DNA of 64,000 bases from Squalus acanthias. Lineage: Eukaryota. The notes below the pieces were generated by a model that did not search any database, was not told the origin of the DNA, and saw only the letters and a list, made by a program, of their open reading frames with translations. The position numbers and the translations under genes were made by a program. Positions 61,136 to 64,000 of the stretch are shown in pieces (the first letter of the stretch is position 1; the number at the start of each line of letters is the position of its first letter). The stretch lies in NCBI GenBank assembly GCA_030390025.1, contig JASTWF010000326.1, positions 372,001 to 436,000 of the forward strand. Reading direction: 5' to 3'.

Positions 61136-64000
61136 ATGGAAAACATCCTTAAACCATCGCGTCTTGACTTGGACCCAAACACCCCAGCAGCCGGTAAGGT
61201 GTGGAAACACTGGTATCGCACGTTTGACAATTTTCTCGAATATTGCAAGGCTGATGATGACACAAAGTTGCGGATACTCATCAACTGTGTCACTCCGAAT
61301 GTATTTCAGTATGTCGAGGAATGGGGCAGTTACGAGGAGGCAATTCGGACGCTTAAAAGACTATATACTAAGACACCGAATGAGGTCTATGCCAGACATC
61401 TACTAGCTACAGCCCAACAAGGGCCGGAGGAATCCATTGATAAATTCCTCCAAGAGCTTCGCAGACTTAGTATGGACTGTAACTTTCAGGCGGCCTCAGC
61501 TGAGCTGTACCGTGAAGAAATGATCCGTGATGCTTTCATCTGCGGGCTTGCCTCCCCATTTATACGCCAGCGTCTACTGGAAAGTAAGACACTTGAGCTT
61601 CAGAGAGCTTATGATATGGCTTGCTCTCTAGATCTGGCAAAAAGAAATGCAGACCTTTATACAGTGCCCAGACCTCGGTCTGCTGCCTTAACTACAGTCA
61701 GGCAATTTAAGAGGCCACAGGTGAACTCTATTAGGGAGGACTTTATCCCTGACGATCAATCTGATGACTTCACTGATGAAGAGGATGATGACCCCACTGT
61801 GGCAGCCTCTTGGCAATCTAAGAAATGCTTCTTTTGTGGTGATGAGTTTCACCCTCGGAAATTCTGCCCTGCTCGCAATGCGTTTTGCAGTCATTGCAAC
61901 AAAAAGGGTCATTTTGCAAAGGTTTGCCTATCAAGAGCCTCTACGAGGGCTTATCAAGCTAAGTCCTACCGAACTGCCCCGGTAAGGGCCTATCAAGATG
62001 TTCCGGCTAAAATCTATCGTGCTTCCTCTCGGGTTTTCTCTCGAAGAAACACACCTAGAGTTTCAGCCACTCTTTGTGCAACGACACCAATTACAGCTGC
62101 TTGTCCTCAGAACCTATTCCATGCAGCTACAAAAGCATCAATTAATGGACATACTTTAGATGCCTCAATTGACTCAGGTAGCACTGATAGTTTCATTAGG
62201 GAACAGATTGTTGCAGAGTTAAAGCTACATGTTTTCCCATCGGACCAGGCAATTGCGATGGCTCAGTCATCACTTAATACCAGAATTTCTGGCTTTTGTA
62301 TGGTTGAAATAACACTTAATGGTCACAGGTATCCCTCCACCCGGCTTTCGGTGCTCAAGGACTTATGTAGTGATCTTATCTTAGGGCTGGATTTTCAAAA
62401 GCAGCATAAGAAGCTCACCATTGAGTTCGGCGGATCCAAACCTGAACTCACTATTTCTAATATACGACCTCGATTACCGTTCTGTGCATTGTCAGCAGCT
62501 TCACTGGATGAACCCTCACTGTTTACCAGTATCCCTCCTCGATGCAAACCGATTATAACAAAGTCACAACGTTTCAGTCAGGAAGACCAGTCTTTTATTG
62601 CGGCTGAGATTTCTCGGCTTTTAGCAGAGGATATCATCGAGCCTTGTTCGTCGCCATGGCGCGCCCAGGTCGTTATTGTTAAGAACCCTCTACAACCTCA
62701 CAAGAAACGGCTGTGCATTGACTATTCACAGACCATCAATCAATATACGGACTTGGACGCATACCCATTGCCGCGCATCGATGATATGGTTAATAAACTG
62801 GCTGAGTACACGGTGTTCTCAACATATGATCTGAAAAGTGCCTATCATCAGGTACCCTTGAAGGTCTCAGACAAGCAGTATACGGCCTTTGAAGCCAATG
62901 GACGGCTGTATCAATTTCGTCGCCTCCCCTTTGGGGTCACTAATGGAGTGGCTGTCTTCCAGCGAGCAATGGATGACCTGGTCAAACAGGAAGACTTGAA
63001 GGATACGTTTCCTTATCTGGACAATATTACTGTTGCAGGTCGCAATCAGCGGGAACATGACGCCAATCTCCAACGATTTTGGGATGCACTCCAGCACAGT
63101 AATTTGACATTAAATGCGGCTAAATCCATTGAGTCACAACCAACCATCAACATCCTTGGCTATTGTGTGGGCAATGGCATCATTAAACCTGACCCTGAAA
63201 GGCTTCGCCCACTCCAAGAGCTCCCGCCACCTAAGAATCCGGCCTCCTTGCGCCGGGCCCTCGGCCTGTTTGCATACTATGCTAAATGGATTCCTAACTT
63301 CTCGGACCGAATCCAACCTCTACTGAAGGCCAGCACATTCCCACTAGACACAGCGGCTGTTGCAGCCTTTAACCTCCTGAAAAAACAGTTGGAGAAAGCG
63401 GCTCTTCACTCCATCGATGAGCGTCTTCCTTTTGTTGTTGAGTGTGATGCCTCGGAGGTGGCGATCTCGGCCACTCTGAATCAGGAAGGTCGTCCGGTGG
63501 CATTTTTGTCCAGGACTTTTCAAGGGGCTGAGCTACATTATCCTCCAGTCGAGAAAGAAGCTACAGCCATCATAGAGGCAGTACGGAAGTGGACTCATCT
63601 CCTAGCTCGCCAGCACTTTACCTTAATCACGGACCAGCGATCGGTCGCCTTCATGCTCGATAATCGAAAACGGACCAAAATTAAAAATAATAAAATCCAG
63701 CTTTGGCGGCTGGAATTGGCCTCTTTTGGTTACACCATCCACTATCGACCTGGCAAGGAGAATGTGGCTCCGGATACCCTCACACGAGCATTCTGCTCCG
63801 CCATGGCACCCTCTACGCTCGTAGACATCTATGATGGGTTGTGTCATCCGGGCGTTACTCGCATGCTACACTTCGTGCGGTCCCGAAATCTCCCATTCTC
63901 TACCGGGGATGTAAAGAAGATGTGCTCGGACTGCAGAGTCTGTGCGGAATTGAAACCTCAGTTTTTCCGCCCCTCGGGTGGTATACTCATACATGCGACC
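61136..64000 (+). CDS. Ty3/Gypsy gag-pol polyprotein (Mag-like), single frame running off the window
   Basis: Starts MENILKPSRLDLDP. Two CCHC knuckles (CFFCGDEFHPRKFC, CSHCNKKGHFAKVC), protease IDSGS, RT (FSTYDLKSAYHQ, LPFGV, YLDN at 63014-63025), RNase H (ECDAS, EKEA, TDQR) and integrase start (YDGLCHPG...CRVC). The RT motifs are in frame with the ATG. Confidence 0.93.
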   Translation, partial: MENILKPSRLDLDPNTPAAGKVWKHWYRTFDNFLEYCKADDDTKLRILINCVTPNVFQYVEEWGSYEEAIRTLKRLYTKTPNEVYARHLLATAQQGPEESIDKFLQELRRLSMDCNFQAASAELYREEMIRDAFICGLASPFIRQRLLESKTLELQRAYDMACSLDLAKRNADLYTVPRPRSAALTTVRQFKRPQVNSIREDFIPDDQSDDFTDEEDDDPTVAASWQSKKCFFCGDEFHPRKFCPARNAFCSHCNKKGHFAKVCLSRASTRAYQAKSYRTAPVRAYQDVPAKIYRASSRVFSRRNTPRVSATLCATTPITAACPQNLFHAATKASINGHTLDASIDSGSTDSFIREQIVAELKLHVFPSDQAIAMAQSSLNTRISGFCMVEITLNGHRYPSTRLSVLKDLCSDLILGLDFQKQHKKLTIEFGGSKPELTISNIRPRLPFCALSAASLDEPSLFTSIPPRCKPIITKSQRFSQEDQSFIAAEISRLLAEDIIEPCSSPWRAQVVIVKNPLQPHKKRLCIDYSQTINQYTDLDAYPLPRIDDMVNKLAEYTVFSTYDLKSAYHQVPLKVSDKQYTAFEANGRLYQFRRLPFGVTNGVAVFQRAMDDLVKQEDLKDTFPYLDNITVAGRNQREHDANLQRFWDALQHSNLTLNAAKSIESQPTINILGYCVGNGIIKPDPERLRPLQELPPPKNPASLRRALGLFAYYAKWIPNFSDRIQPLLKASTFPLDTAAVAAFNLLKKQLEKAALHSIDERLPFVVECDASEVAISATLNQEGRPVAFLSRTFQGAELHYPPVEKEATAIIEAVRKWTHLLARQHFTLITDQRSVAFMLDNRKRTKIKNNKIQLWRLELASFGYTIHYRPGKENVAPDTLTRAFCSAMAPSTLVDIYDGLCHPGVTRMLHFVRSRNLPFSTGDVKKMCSDCRVCAELKPQFFRPSGGILIHAT

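Overview
Eukaryotic, repeat-dominated DNA, most likely intergenic or intronic. The repeat inventory (HE1/V-type tRNA SINE, Deu-domain SINE fragments, CR1/L2 LINEs, Penelope-type tails) points to a cartilaginous fish (inference). No host gene could be supported. The window holds at least six PIF/Harbinger transposons of different ages, each built as a DDE transposase facing a convergent Myb/SANT gene, which has three exons where it can be resolved. It also holds many Harbinger-type MITEs with 3-bp TSDs, solo LTRs, LINE fragments and a 1.3-kb near-perfect inverted duplication. At the right edge is a young Ty3/Gypsy element whose gag-pol ORF (61136 to the window end) is missing from the ORF track, apparently because it has no stop in the window. 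Three observations stand out. (1) The Gypsy element has a YLDN RT active site and no tRNA primer-binding site; the PBS position is complementary to its own LTR, with Tf1-like self-priming geometry. (2) Two different Harbinger elements sit at the identical TAA beside a hairpin in two copies of one MITE family, and empty-site relatives are present. (3) The inverted duplication appears tied to a broken Harbinger element. All calls are by eye; no searches or alignments were run.
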